DNA of 64,000 bases, taken from Treponemataceae bacterium (GTDB taxonomy: Bacteria; Spirochaetota; Spirochaetia; Treponematales; Rectinemataceae). Positions within the stretch are counted from its first letter, which is position 1; each line of letters begins with the position of its first letter. Under the pieces are notes generated by a model. The model did not search any database and was not told the DNA's origin. It saw nothing but the letters and a program-made list of their open reading frames with translations. Below are positions 28,375 to 38,547 of this stretch, in pieces. The DNA is taken from contig CAXXGJ010000002.1 in assembly GCA_963677895.2 (NCBI GenBank), positions 224,001 through 288,000 on the forward strand, written 5' to 3'. A program made the translations under genes and the position numbers.

Positions 28375-29355
28375 TCAGTAGGTCCGCGTGAGAAGTTTTT
28401 GGGTGATGGAAAGCAGATCGTCCCTCGCTGCGCAGGAGGGGAGCATGTCTATTTCCTTGAGCGCCCTGGCGGTGAAATGGCGGGCGACGCTCCTGGCATG
28501 TTCCAAGGCGCCGGTGTCGGAGACGATCTTCAGGATGCGGGCGACGTTTTCGTCGTCCATGCCCTCTTTTCCGAGAAGGGGACGCAGGGCGGCTTCGGCC
28601 CGTTTCATGGCGAAAATAAGGGGGAGGGTGCAGAGCCCTTCCTTTATGTCGTTGCCGACGGGTTTCCGGAGCGTCTTATCGTCGGATTCGTAGTCGAGGA
28701 TGTCGTCGATGATCTGGAAGGCCATCCCGATATCGTAGCCAGCGCGCCTGAGCGCCTGGGTCAAGGCCGCGCCGGCCTTGGCCTCGCTCGCTCCCACATG
28801 GAGAGACAAGGAAAACAGCGCCGCCGTTTTCCCCGCTATCGTCCGCAGATAGCCGCGGCGAGATGTGGCGTAGCGGAATTTGGAAAGGTCCTGGTGGATT
28901 TCGGCCGAGCAGACGCTGCCCATGAATCGGGCGAGCACTCGCGCGCTTTTGTTGTCGGCGTAATCGGCCACGAGCCGGAAGCTCCTGGAGAAAAGCCAGT
29001 CGCCGGCCAGGATGGCGTTCGTGACGCCGAAACGCGTATGGAGGGTTGGCACGCCTCTTCGGATATCGGCCCGGTCGAGGACATCGTCGTGGATGAGGCT
29101 GGCGGCATGGATCATCTCGATGGAGGCGGCTATGTGGTTTATCTTGTCACGCTCGCCTGATTTTTTGCCTTGTTTGCCGAAGCCGGCTCCCATGAGGACA
29201 AAGGCGGGCCTCAGCATTTTGCCGCCCGAGAGGACGATTTCCTTCGTTTCGGCCGCGAGCGGGTACGAGGGATCGCTCAAGGTCTCGGCCAGTATGGCCT
29301 CGACGTCCGCGAGCCTCTTCCCGATCATCGGGGAATCCTTCCAAATATCAGTCAT
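28375..29355 (-). CDS. Polyprenyl (heptaprenyl-type) diphosphate synthase
   Basis: GGKMLRP, LIHDDVLD..RRG, GKTA, FQIIDDILD; ATG at 29355 has RBS GAGG. Confidence 0.92.
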   Translation of the reverse strand: MTDIWKDSPMIGKRLADVEAILAETLSDPSYPLAAETKEIVLSGGKMLRPAFVLMGAGFGKQGKKSGERDKINHIAASIEMIHAASLIHDDVLDRADIRRGVPTLHTRFGVTNAILAGDWLFSRSFRLVADYADNKSARVLARFMGSVCSAEIHQDLSKFRYATSRRGYLRTIAGKTAALFSLSLHVGASEAKAGAALTQALRRAGYDIGMAFQIIDDILDYESDDKTLRKPVGNDIKEGLCTLPLIFAMKRAEAALRPLLGKEGMDDENVARILKIVSDTGALEHARSVARHFTARALKEIDMLPSCAARDDLLSITQKLLTRTY

Positions 29356-29387
29356 GTAACCTCGAAAGCCATCCAATAGGATCTCAT

Positions 29388-29432
29388 AAAAAAACCGGAC
29401 GTCCGGAATGCCAGTATCGGGGACGTCCGGTC
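29388..29432 (-). terminator. Rho-independent terminator downstream of ndh
   Basis: ACCGGACGTCC..GGACGTCCGGT stem followed by a T run on the minus strand. Confidence 0.7.
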
Positions 29433-29523
29433 ATTATGTTCGTGCCGCGGCAGCGAGCGCGGTTGGTCCGTTCGGAAGCGGGCCGCGCTCAAACGTCGCG
29501 CTAAAGCGTCGCGGGCGAATCCC

Positions 29524-31533
29524 TTATTTCGTGGGATCGTCGCCGTAGAAATGCCAGTTGCGGGCGAACTTCGTGCCGTTCCACCAGCGCTTGACGGGGG
29601 GAACGAGCCAATAGTCGCATCCGAAGGCCCTGCCCGCTCCACCCATCATCACGATGGCGGCGAAAACGAACCAGAGCTGGTTCCAGGCGAACATGCCCGA
29701 CATCGTGAAGATGAGGCACATTCCGATGCTGGCCACCGCGGCGAGCCAGGTGAAGCATCCGCCGAAGAGGGCGAGGCCGATGGCCATCTCCATCACGACG
29801 ATCATGATCTGGAAGAAGCTGAAGGGCAGGAAGGCGAAGATGCCGTCCATGAAGGTGGTCCTGAACCAGGTGACTATGCCTGAGCTGGGGTCGAAAATGG
29901 GTTTCGTGAGATCCCAGACGGCCTTGAAAGCCTTGGTCGCGGTGTCGGCGACAGCCGCCGCTCCGTCCGTCACGGCGCCCGAGGCCGCGCTGGTGGCCGC
30001 CGCTATCGTTGTCGCGGTAGTGTCGACTACCGCGCTGGCCGCGCTCGTCGCCGCGGCTATCGTGGTGGTCGTGGCTTCCGCTCCGCCTTCCCAGGCCGCG
30101 CTCGTCACCTCGGCTACTTTCACGCCCGCCTGGGTGACGCCGGGAGAGAACATCCAGCTGGAACTGGAGCCTTTGCCGAAATTGAGCCAGCCTTCGCCGA
30201 TCTTGTTGATGCCTTCGAAGAGCCACATGAGTCCGAGCCACATCCTGAGGAGGAGCGGCCAGTATCCGCGGACCTTGTAGGAGATGAATTCGCCGATGAA
30301 CGAGCGCTTGTTCTTCATGTCGAGGAATTCATGCTTGAAGTATTCCCAGACCTGATTGAAGCCGGCGATGGTGAAGAGGTAGAACATGTTGATGAAGTGC
30401 TTCATGAACATGGCGATGAAACCGGAGGTCTTGAGGTTCATGGCGTTGGCGACACCGTAGCGGCCGCCGAGGGACACCATGAAGCCGTGGTAGTTCGGCT
30501 TGAACTCGTGGCGCTCTCCGCCCTCGATGTCGGCGATGATGTTCTTGGCTGCCGTCTCGGCGGAGAAATGCGCGGACTCGACGATCTGCGCCATCGGCTT
30601 GCCGTTGTCCATCATGAGGCCGGCGTTGTCGCCGACGACGTAGACGTTGGGGTACTGGGTGGAGCGCATGCCCTTGTCGCATTCGATGCGGTTGCGCTTG
30701 CCCATCGGCAGGGCGAGGGAGCCGGCGAAGCTGGAACCCTTGACGCCGCAGGTCCAGATGAAGGAATCGGTCTCGAAGATGCTGCCGTCTTTGAGGAGGA
30801 CCTTGCCGGGTTCGGCGCCGACGATGGCCGTTCCGAGGTGGATTTCGCAGTTCTTCTTCTTGAGGTAGTTTTCGGTTTTTACGCGCAGCGGTTCCTCAAG
30901 GATGGGGAGGATCGTGGGCAGCGCCTCGATATTGACGACCCGGACTTCCTTCGGATCGATGTAGAGCTTGCGGCACATGACGTCGCGGTACTCGAGAAGC
31001 TCGCCGATCAGTTCCATGCCGGTAAAGCCGGCGCCTGCCACCACGAAGGTGAGCATCTTCCTGCGCTTGTCGGCGTCCAGTTCCTTGGATGCCTCGAGGT
31101 ACATGTGCTCGACGTGGTTGCGCAGCTTCATGGCGTCCTCGAAGGACCAGAGCGAGAAACTGTTTTCCTTGATGCCGGGAATGCCGAAGTATTCGGGCTC
31201 GGCGCCGACACCGACGACGATGAAGTCGAAAGCGTATTCGCCCACGGTTCCGAAGGCCTTTTTGGCCTCAAAGTCCACTTTTACGATCTTGTCCAACGCG
31301 ACGTTGATGCGCCTCGCGCCGAAGATTTTCTTGAAGCTCACCTGGACGGATTCCGGTTCGGTCCTCCATCCGGCGACTTCATGAAGTTCGGTCATGAGGG
31401 TGTGGAAGGGGCGCATGTCGACCAGGGTTATCTCGACATTCGGCTCTTTCCTGAAATGTTTTTCAAGGATCTTCGCCGCTTTGACGCCGCCGTAACCGCC
31501 GCCAAGGATAAGGATTTTCTTGGAAATGCTCAT
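29524..31533 (-). CDS. ndh: Type II NADH dehydrogenase with C-terminal DoxX-like membrane domain
   Basis: GGGYGG and GAGFTGME Rossmann motifs, WTCGV, YVVGD; C-terminal LRMWLGLMWLFEG..GGAGRAFGCDYW. Confidence 0.85.
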   Translation of the reverse strand: MSISKKILILGGGYGGVKAAKILEKHFRKEPNVEITLVDMRPFHTLMTELHEVAGWRTEPESVQVSFKKIFGARRINVALDKIVKVDFEAKKAFGTVGEYAFDFIVVGVGAEPEYFGIPGIKENSFSLWSFEDAMKLRNHVEHMYLEASKELDADKRRKMLTFVVAGAGFTGMELIGELLEYRDVMCRKLYIDPKEVRVVNIEALPTILPILEEPLRVKTENYLKKKNCEIHLGTAIVGAEPGKVLLKDGSIFETDSFIWTCGVKGSSFAGSLALPMGKRNRIECDKGMRSTQYPNVYVVGDNAGLMMDNGKPMAQIVESAHFSAETAAKNIIADIEGGERHEFKPNYHGFMVSLGGRYGVANAMNLKTSGFIAMFMKHFINMFYLFTIAGFNQVWEYFKHEFLDMKNKRSFIGEFISYKVRGYWPLLLRMWLGLMWLFEGINKIGEGWLNFGKGSSSSWMFSPGVTQAGVKVAEVTSAAWEGGAEATTTTIAAATSAASAVVDTTATTIAAATSAASGAVTDGAAAVADTATKAFKAVWDLTKPIFDPSSGIVTWFRTTFMDGIFAFLPFSFFQIMIVVMEMAIGLALFGGCFTWLAAVASIGMCLIFTMSGMFAWNQLWFVFAAIVMMGGAGRAFGCDYWLVPPVKRWWNGTKFARNWHFYGDDPTK

Positions 31534-31796
31534 TAAGAAACTCCCAGTTTAATAGTAGATTGGATTTTTCCGGACAGATTCTAGCACAGGTTTCTAAAAA
31601 TTACTATATACTTGTATCGATATATCTAAAGCTTAATCGGCTCCAGGATCCATCGAAGGGCATGCCGGTTCCGCATTTCGTCGATCCCGGCCATAGCTTC
31701 ACTTTTCCTTCGGATTAGGGTATTATCGGACGCTTACCTGCGAAGCAAAACGTCCCCGGAGAGCCGGGCACATATTTTTATAGTTTAGGAACGTAT

Positions 31797-33746
31797 ATGG
31801 ACTTATCGCGTTTTTCCATCGACGCGGCGCTGTTTTCGGGCGCCGACGCATCCAATGCATATCGGTCGATCTTTTTCGAGAGGCTGCTAGCGGGTCTCTT
31901 CGAAGCCAATGAAAATCTTTTCGTGAGGACGGACATCCAGAAGGAAAGGGAGCAGATTTTCAGCTTCCCCGCCCTGTATTGGCTCACCCTTGCCGGGCAC
32001 GCGGCCCTGAAAGGAAAGGCCCTGTATCTCTGTATCGACGAGGCTTCGGCGGCGGCGGCGCACGGGGCCGCGCTCAGGATGGCGGAAGGCTTGACCGGTA
32101 CGACGAAACCCGTTCTTCTCGGCGGGGAAAACGCGGGAAGCGAAGAAGTCAGGAACGCGCAGCTTCTGTACGGCGCGGTTCAGACCTTCCATGACCTCAT
32201 CCCCACCGGCGCTTTCGTGCCGAGGGATTACGGCTTTGTCATCGCCGATCAGGCCGATCAAATGGCCGAATTGCCGGGCGAATTGCTCCGCAAGCTCCAG
32301 GGCAGCCTCTTGCCCTCCTGGGAGAGGAAAACCCTCGTCATAGCGAACAAGCATACGCCCAGAGCCAAGAACTTCGCCTGGGATTTCGCGGACAATCCGA
32401 AGGAAGTAAAGCTGGGCGAGGCGATGGGCTATGCCGGCACTACCTCCACAATATCCCGCGAGATTCAGGAAGCCGACAAGATCCGATTCATCCTCCATTT
32501 GCTTCAGGAGGGCGAAAATCATCATATCTGCGTTTTCTGCAATCTGAAATCCATGGCCTCAGAGCTATCCGCCCGCTTCGTCATGAACGGCGTCACCGCG
32601 GACTACATCGCCGGCAATCTCAATCCCGACAGGAAAAACCAGATAATCACCAAGGCGCTGACCTGGACCGGGCAGCGCGGCGAGCCGGAGCCGGCCCAGG
32701 CTGGAGATGAGGCTTCGGAAACTTCCGAGGCTTCGGATGCTTCCGCGGCTTCGGATGCTTCCGCGGCTTCTGAAGTCGCCGCGGCAGCGGTTCCCGATTC
32801 GCGTTTCCCCGCCGACAGTTTCGTCCTCATTCTCACGGACGAAGGCGCGAAAGGCCTGACCAGGCCGGAATTTCTCAACGTCGTCAACTACGACATTCCT
32901 CTCGAACCCGAATTCTATTTCGAGCGTCTCAATTTCCTCAAGCGGGAGGATCCGGACGCCCTTCTCTACAACCTCGTCTGCGAGCGCTATATGTATGGGA
33001 TTCCCGCTATCCAGCGCATGGTGGACGCCTCGCTTTCCGTCGCGCCCCTCGACGCCAACATTGAACTGCCCAAAGACATGAGCGCCGGCCGGACGATCGA
33101 ATCGCCGGAGCCCCGCTTCCATAGCCGATTCGACCGCGACCGGCACGGCCGGGACGACAGACCGGGCAGGGACGACAGGCCGGGAAGGGATGACAGACCC
33201 GGCAGGGACGACCGCCGCGACGAAAGCAAGCGCGAGCCAAAGCCCATGGTCAGGCAGGACAGGCCTCGCCAAGCCGAACCCCGACTCGCTGAGCCTTATA
33301 AGGCTCAGCCCCATAGAGACGAACCTCGCAAGGCCGAACCCCGTCAGGCCGGGGCCGAACATTTCCCCGTGGTCGATCCCTACGCGATGTCCATGGAAGA
33401 ACGCATGGCCCTGTATAAGAAAAAGTACGGCAAGCGCATCGAGCAAAAACCCGCGGCCAATGGCGGCAGGGGCGATCCCCGGCGCAAAGGCCGGCCCGAC
33501 GGCGATCGCCAGGATCGGGAAGGCCGCAATCCCGAGCGCCGCAACCCCGAGCGCCGCCGCGGTCCGGCGGCCGGACCCTCCGCGAATCCCGGCGGGAACG
33601 CCGCTAAAGCCGACAAACCCGTTGTCGAAGCCAAACCGCAGACACCAGCGCAGGCGCCGGCGAAAACCGAGACTCCGCCCGCGGGAGAAACGCCGCGAGG
33701 TTTCTTCGGAAGGCTTCAGGACCTTTTCGGATCCCGCAAAGAATAA
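31797..33746 (+). CDS. Degenerate DEAD-box helicase-like protein with a long charged repetitive tail
   Basis: VIADQAD (motif II-like), VFCN (IV), VVNYDIP (V); no Walker A and no HRIGR. Confidence 0.7.
   Translation: MDLSRFSIDAALFSGADASNAYRSIFFERLLAGLFEANENLFVRTDIQKEREQIFSFPALYWLTLAGHAALKGKALYLCIDEASAAAAHGAALRMAEGLTGTTKPVLLGGENAGSEEVRNAQLLYGAVQTFHDLIPTGAFVPRDYGFVIADQADQMAELPGELLRKLQGSLLPSWERKTLVIANKHTPRAKNFAWDFADNPKEVKLGEAMGYAGTTSTISREIQEADKIRFILHLLQEGENHHICVFCNLKSMASELSARFVMNGVTADYIAGNLNPDRKNQIITKALTWTGQRGEPEPAQAGDEASETSEASDASAASDASAASEVAAAAVPDSRFPADSFVLILTDEGAKGLTRPEFLNVVNYDIPLEPEFYFERLNFLKREDPDALLYNLVCERYMYGIPAIQRMVDASLSVAPLDANIELPKDMSAGRTIESPEPRFHSRFDRDRHGRDDRPGRDDRPGRDDRPGRDDRRDESKREPKPMVRQDRPRQAEPRLAEPYKAQPHRDEPRKAEPRQAGAEHFPVVDPYAMSMEERMALYKKKYGKRIEQKPAANGGRGDPRRKGRPDGDRQDREGRNPERRNPERRRGPAAGPSANPGGNAAKADKPVVEAKPQTPAQAPAKTETPPAGETPRGFFGRLQDLFGSRKE
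33147..33216 (+). repeat. 18-bp in-frame tandem repeat (GRDDRP, about 4 copies)
   Basis: Visible in DNA and protein; copies differ at synonymous sites. Confidence 0.85.
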
Positions 33747-33769
33747 GTAAAAGAGAAGGTGGCATCGAG

Positions 33770-36307
33770 ATGAAAATTCTGACCCATACGGTAAAACCAA
33801 GGCTGGAAGGCGAACTCGCCGCCCTCGATCCTATAGCACGCAATCTGTGGCTGTCCTGGAACTTCGATGCCGTCTCGCTTTTCATCCGCATAGACCCGGA
33901 CGCCTGGGCGGCGAGCGGCCAGAATCCGATCAAAATGCTGGGCATGGTGAGTCAGGAACGTTTCGACCAGCTGGCGCAGGACGATTCCTTCATCGCTTCC
34001 CTCAATGACGTGAAAAACCGCTTCGAGCGTTACAAAAAGGGAGACACCTGGCACAAGGGTCCCAAGACCCCCGTCACCGCCTATTTCTCCATGGAGTTCG
34101 GGATCGACGTCTCCCTGCCAACCTATTCGGGCGGCCTGGGAATCCTGTCGGGCGATCACATGAAAACCTCGAGCGACCTGGGGCTTCCCCTCGTCGGCGT
34201 GGGCCTTCTGTACCGCCAGGGCTACTTCAAACAGTACCTGAACGCCGACGGCTTCCAGCAGGAATCCTATCCGGAGAACGACTGGTACAATATGCCCGTC
34301 CAGCAATGCTCGGATGCCGATGGCAAGCCCATCCTCATTTCGGTGGAGTTGGCCGGAAAGCTCGTGTACGCCGCGATCTGGGAAGTGAAGGTCGGCCGGG
34401 CGAGTCTCTATCTTCTCGACACCAACATCCCTGAGAATTCCCCCGAGGACAGGATCATCACCGCCACGCTCTACGGCGGCGACAAAGAAACGCGAATCCG
34501 CCAGGAAATCGTTCTGGGCATCGGCGGCATCAGGGCGCTCTCAGCCCTCGGCGTCGAAGTCGCCGCCACGCATATGAACGAGGGGCATTCCGCCTTCCTT
34601 GCCCTGGAAAGGGTGCGGATACTCATGACCGAACAGGGGCTTTCCGCGCGGGAAGCCATCCAGGCATTCATCCCCACGAATATTTTCACCACCCATACCC
34701 CAGTCCCGGCCGGCAACGAACGCTTCGGCATCGATCTCATCGATAAATATTTCCGCCGCTGGCTCCAGAACCTCGGCGTCGATTGGTCCGAATTCCTCGC
34801 TCTCGGCAGGGAGAATCCCGGCGACAACAACGAAAGTTTCTGCATGACCGTTTTCGCCCTCAAGCTCTCGGCCCGCGCGAACGGCGTTTCGGCTCTCCAC
34901 GGCCAGGTGAGCAGGGAAATGTGGAAGAATCTCTGGCCGCAGCTGCCCATAGGCGAAATTCCCATCGGCCACGTCACGAACGGCGTCCATCCCAGGACCT
35001 GGATCAGCCACGATATGCTCACCCTCCTGGACCGTTTTCTCGGCCCGCGCTTCAGCGACGAACCGGGCGCCACGGATATATGGGACAGGATGGACAGGGT
35101 TTCGGACGAAGAGCTGTGGCGGACTCACGAACGGCGCAGGGAACGCCTCGTGGCCTCCTGCAGGGACAGGCTCGGCGCCACGATGGAGCGCCTCGGCATC
35201 ACCGATCCCGCCCTCATCAAGGCGGGCGACGCCCTTTCTCCCTCTCTCTTCACCCTTTCGTTCGCGCGCCGATTCGCCACGTACAAGAGGGGAAACCTTC
35301 TCCTGCGCGATCCCGACCGACTCATCAGGCTTTTGTCCAGCGGCGCCATGCCCATACAGATCATCTTCGCCGGCAAGGCGCATCCCCACGATATTCCCGG
35401 CAAGGAAATAATCAGGGAACTCGTGCACTTCTCGCGCAAGGATGAAGTGCTGGGGCGCCTCGTGTTTCTCGAGGACTACGACATGGGCCTTTCCCGCTAC
35501 ATGACGTCCGGATCGGATGTCTGGCTCAACACGCCGCGCCGTCCCCTGGAAGCCTCGGGCACCTCGGGCATGAAAGCCGGCATGAACGGCGTCCTCAACT
35601 GCTCCATCCTCGACGGCTGGTGGGCCGAAGGCTACGGCCCGGACATCGGCTGGGCCATCGGACAGGGCGAGGAATACAAGGACGAAGAACTGCAGGACAA
35701 GATCGAGAGCGAAAATCTCTACGACCTTCTCGAACGCGAAATCCTGCCCACCTTCTACAGACGAGGCAGGGACAACCTCCCCAGGGAATGGATCGCCAGA
35801 ATGCGCGCGTCGATCAAGTCGATCGGCAGGAACTTCTCATCCCACAGGATGCTCGAAGAGTACTACGACGGCTACTACAAACCAGCCATGGCCGAAGGCA
35901 TCAAGCTGAAAGCCGAGGGCTATGCCTCGTCGCGGTCGCTGTCCGCTTATCTCGACAGGGCCGGATCGCTCTGGAATTCCGTGGCCGTCCTGGAACTCCG
36001 CGACGACGCTTCTCCCGTCATCGCGCGCGGGACCAAGATCCATGTCGAAGCCACAGTGAACCTCGCCGGCCTTTCGCCCGAGGAAGTGCGCGTCGAATGC
36101 TACCGCGGACCGCTGACCAGCAAGGGCGAGATACAGTCGCCCGAGAGGACCGAAATGACCGCCGCCTCGAACGAAGGTTCGGTCTGGAAATACGGCGCTA
36201 CCGTCAACGGAAAGCTCACCGGGCAGATCGGCTACTCCATAAGGATACTTCCCAAGCATCCCGCACTGGGCGATCGTTTCGTACCGGGAATGATGCGCTG
36301 GGCCTGA
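33770..36307 (+). CDS. glgP: Alpha-glucan (glycogen/maltodextrin) phosphorylase
   Basis: YSGGLG, HMNEGH, ARRFATYKR, EASGTSGMK PLP site. Confidence 0.95.
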   Translation: MKILTHTVKPRLEGELAALDPIARNLWLSWNFDAVSLFIRIDPDAWAASGQNPIKMLGMVSQERFDQLAQDDSFIASLNDVKNRFERYKKGDTWHKGPKTPVTAYFSMEFGIDVSLPTYSGGLGILSGDHMKTSSDLGLPLVGVGLLYRQGYFKQYLNADGFQQESYPENDWYNMPVQQCSDADGKPILISVELAGKLVYAAIWEVKVGRASLYLLDTNIPENSPEDRIITATLYGGDKETRIRQEIVLGIGGIRALSALGVEVAATHMNEGHSAFLALERVRILMTEQGLSAREAIQAFIPTNIFTTHTPVPAGNERFGIDLIDKYFRRWLQNLGVDWSEFLALGRENPGDNNESFCMTVFALKLSARANGVSALHGQVSREMWKNLWPQLPIGEIPIGHVTNGVHPRTWISHDMLTLLDRFLGPRFSDEPGATDIWDRMDRVSDEELWRTHERRRERLVASCRDRLGATMERLGITDPALIKAGDALSPSLFTLSFARRFATYKRGNLLLRDPDRLIRLLSSGAMPIQIIFAGKAHPHDIPGKEIIRELVHFSRKDEVLGRLVFLEDYDMGLSRYMTSGSDVWLNTPRRPLEASGTSGMKAGMNGVLNCSILDGWWAEGYGPDIGWAIGQGEEYKDEELQDKIESENLYDLLEREILPTFYRRGRDNLPREWIARMRASIKSIGRNFSSHRMLEEYYDGYYKPAMAEGIKLKAEGYASSRSLSAYLDRAGSLWNSVAVLELRDDASPVIARGTKIHVEATVNLAGLSPEEVRVECYRGPLTSKGEIQSPERTEMTAASNEGSVWKYGATVNGKLTGQIGYSIRILPKHPALGDRFVPGMMRWA

Positions 36308-36344
36308 TCACCATGTAACAACGAAGCGATAAAAGGGAGGTCCC

Positions 36345-37631
36345 ATGCCTTCATCGGCGATGGACCAGAAGACGATAGCGCAAGCCCAGGAAACCTTGGA
36401 CGGCGTAACGAAGGGAGGGCGGATCAAGAGGATCCTGCCCTTCCTCGGCCCTGCCATCATCGCGAGCATCGCCTATGTCGACCCGGGCAATTTCGCGACG
36501 AACATACAGGCCGGAGCCAAGTTCGGCTATATGCTCCTCTGGGTCATCTTCGCGAGCAACCTCATGGCCATGCTCATCCAGACGCTTTCCGCGAAACTCG
36601 GCATCGCCACGGGAAAGAATCTGGCCGAGCACTGCGGACAATCCTTTCCGAAGCCGGTCGCCTACGCCCTGTGGATCGTGATGGAACTGGCGGCCATGGC
36701 CACCGATCTCGCCGAGTTCCTCGGCGCGGCGGTCGCCTTCAACCTGCTCTTCGGCATGCCGCTCTGGATCGCCGGACTGCTGACCGCTCTCTGCACCTTC
36801 GCCATACTCGCGCTGCAGAGGTTCGGATTCCGTCCCCTCGAGGCCGCGATCGCCGTTTTCGTCGGCGTCATCTCGCTCTGCTATCTGACGGAACTCATAC
36901 TCGTAAAGCCGATCTGGGCCGATGTCCTTCCGCACGCCTTCATTCCCCTCTTCAGCGGACGCGAGAGCGTCGTTCTTGGCGCGGGCATCCTGGGCGCGAC
37001 CGTGATGCCCCATGCCATATTCCTGCACTCCGCCCTCACCCAGGGGCGCATACCCCACAGTCCGAGCCAACGCAAACGCCTCTACCGCTTCGAGATCGTC
37101 GACGTCGTTTTCGCGATGGGCATGGCTGGCCTCATCAACGCCGCCATGCTCATCGTGGCGGCCGGAACCTTCTTCCTCCACGGCGCGAGCGGCGTCGGCA
37201 CGCTCGAACAAGCCCACAAGACCTTGGAGCCCCTGCTCGGCCCGGCGGCCAGCACGGTGTTCGCCATTTCCCTCCTCGCCTCGGGCCTCTCATCATCGAC
37301 GGTGGGCACGCAGGCCGGCCAGATCATCATTCAGGGTTTCATCCAGAAGGACATACCCATCTGGATACGGCGCCTCGTCACCGTGGTGCCCTCGCTCATC
37401 GTCATAGCGATCGGACTCGATCCGACGCAGACGCTCGTTCTGAGCCAAGTCGTCTTGAGCTTCTGCCTGCCTCTCGCCGTTGTTCCCTTAATACTGTTCA
37501 CCAACGACAAGAAGATAATGGGCGACCTCGTCAACGGACCCGTCACCAAGGTCGCCATCGGGATCGTCGCGGCGGTCATCATTTCCCTCAACGTTTTCCT
37601 CATCTTCAACACATTCGTGGCGGGAGGTTGA
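36345..37631 (+). CDS. mntH: Nramp divalent metal transporter
   Basis: AYVDPGN, GATVMPH, GTQAGQ. Confidence 0.93.
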   Translation: MPSSAMDQKTIAQAQETLDGVTKGGRIKRILPFLGPAIIASIAYVDPGNFATNIQAGAKFGYMLLWVIFASNLMAMLIQTLSAKLGIATGKNLAEHCGQSFPKPVAYALWIVMELAAMATDLAEFLGAAVAFNLLFGMPLWIAGLLTALCTFAILALQRFGFRPLEAAIAVFVGVISLCYLTELILVKPIWADVLPHAFIPLFSGRESVVLGAGILGATVMPHAIFLHSALTQGRIPHSPSQRKRLYRFEIVDVVFAMGMAGLINAAMLIVAAGTFFLHGASGVGTLEQAHKTLEPLLGPAASTVFAISLLASGLSSSTVGTQAGQIIIQGFIQKDIPIWIRRLVTVVPSLIVIAIGLDPTQTLVLSQVVLSFCLPLAVVPLILFTNDKKIMGDLVNGPVTKVAIGIVAAVIISLNVFLIFNTFVAGG

Positions 37632-37633
37632 GC

Positions 37634-38524
37634 ATGTTTTCCACTATTCTCGTGCCGCTCGACGGTTCCGTCGCGGCCGAATCATCCTTGCCGATGGTTG
37701 AGGCGCTCAGGCGCGCCTTCGATTCCACGGTGACGCTCATCCACCTTCTAGAAGCGGACGCCCCGCGCGAGATTCACGGGGAGCGACACCTCGGCGATGA
37801 ACGCGAAGCCATCGAATACCTGGATAATGTCGCGACTAGCGCTTTTCCCGCGGGCGCTCGCGTGGAACGCCATGTCCACGTCGCGCAGGTCGCCGATGTG
37901 CCGCGGAGCCTCGCCGAACACGCAGCGGAACTCTCCCAGGACCTGGTCGTGCTCTGCGTCCACGGAAAGGGCGGGCTCTGGCGCCTCTTCGAGGGCGCCA
38001 TAGGCGAGCGGATCATGAGGCATCAGACCGCCCCAGTCCTTCTTCTGCGGTCGGATTCCCCGCCGCGCGCGCCTTTCGCGCGCATTCTCCTGGCGCTCGA
38101 CGGCAAGCCCGAGCACGAACAGTCCTTTGCCCTCGTCGAGGAATTCGCGGCAGCCACAGGCGCTGCCGTGGATGTGACGACCGTGGTGCCCACCCGGTCG
38201 ACGCTCAAGGGGCCCGGGCGCGCGTCCGTGCTATTCTCTCCCTCCGCCGGCAGGGAAGCGCTGCGGCTCGCCGAGGAAGAGGCTGATCTGTATGTGGGCG
38301 AGAGAGCGGGAAGGCTCGCGGCGAGAGGCATAGCGGCGAGCGCGATACGGCGACGAGGCGATCCCGCGCGGCAGCTCGCCCGTATAGCGAGAGAGAGCGG
38401 CTCGGATCTGATAGTGCTCGGGACTCACGGCCGCGCGGGAAGCCGCGCTTTTTGGGCCGAAAGCGCCGCCGTGCGCATAATCGCCGCGACCAGGCTTCCG
38501 GCACTCCTCGTGCCCGGGGCGTAG
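37634..38524 (+). CDS. Tandem-domain universal stress protein
   Basis: ILVPLDGS, ILLALDG, DLIVLGTHG. Confidence 0.9.
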   Translation: MFSTILVPLDGSVAAESSLPMVEALRRAFDSTVTLIHLLEADAPREIHGERHLGDEREAIEYLDNVATSAFPAGARVERHVHVAQVADVPRSLAEHAAELSQDLVVLCVHGKGGLWRLFEGAIGERIMRHQTAPVLLLRSDSPPRAPFARILLALDGKPEHEQSFALVEEFAAATGAAVDVTTVVPTRSTLKGPGRASVLFSPSAGREALRLAEEEADLYVGERAGRLAARGIAASAIRRRGDPARQLARIARESGSDLIVLGTHGRAGSRAFWAESAAVRIIAATRLPALLVPGA

Positions 38525-38547
38525 CTGGAAAGTCGCCAGGCTGGGAT

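Noticed and set aside
36671..38524. 617-aa ORF as an MntH-USP fusion
   Set aside because: The extension is an alternate frame over mntH; the USP domain starts at 37634.
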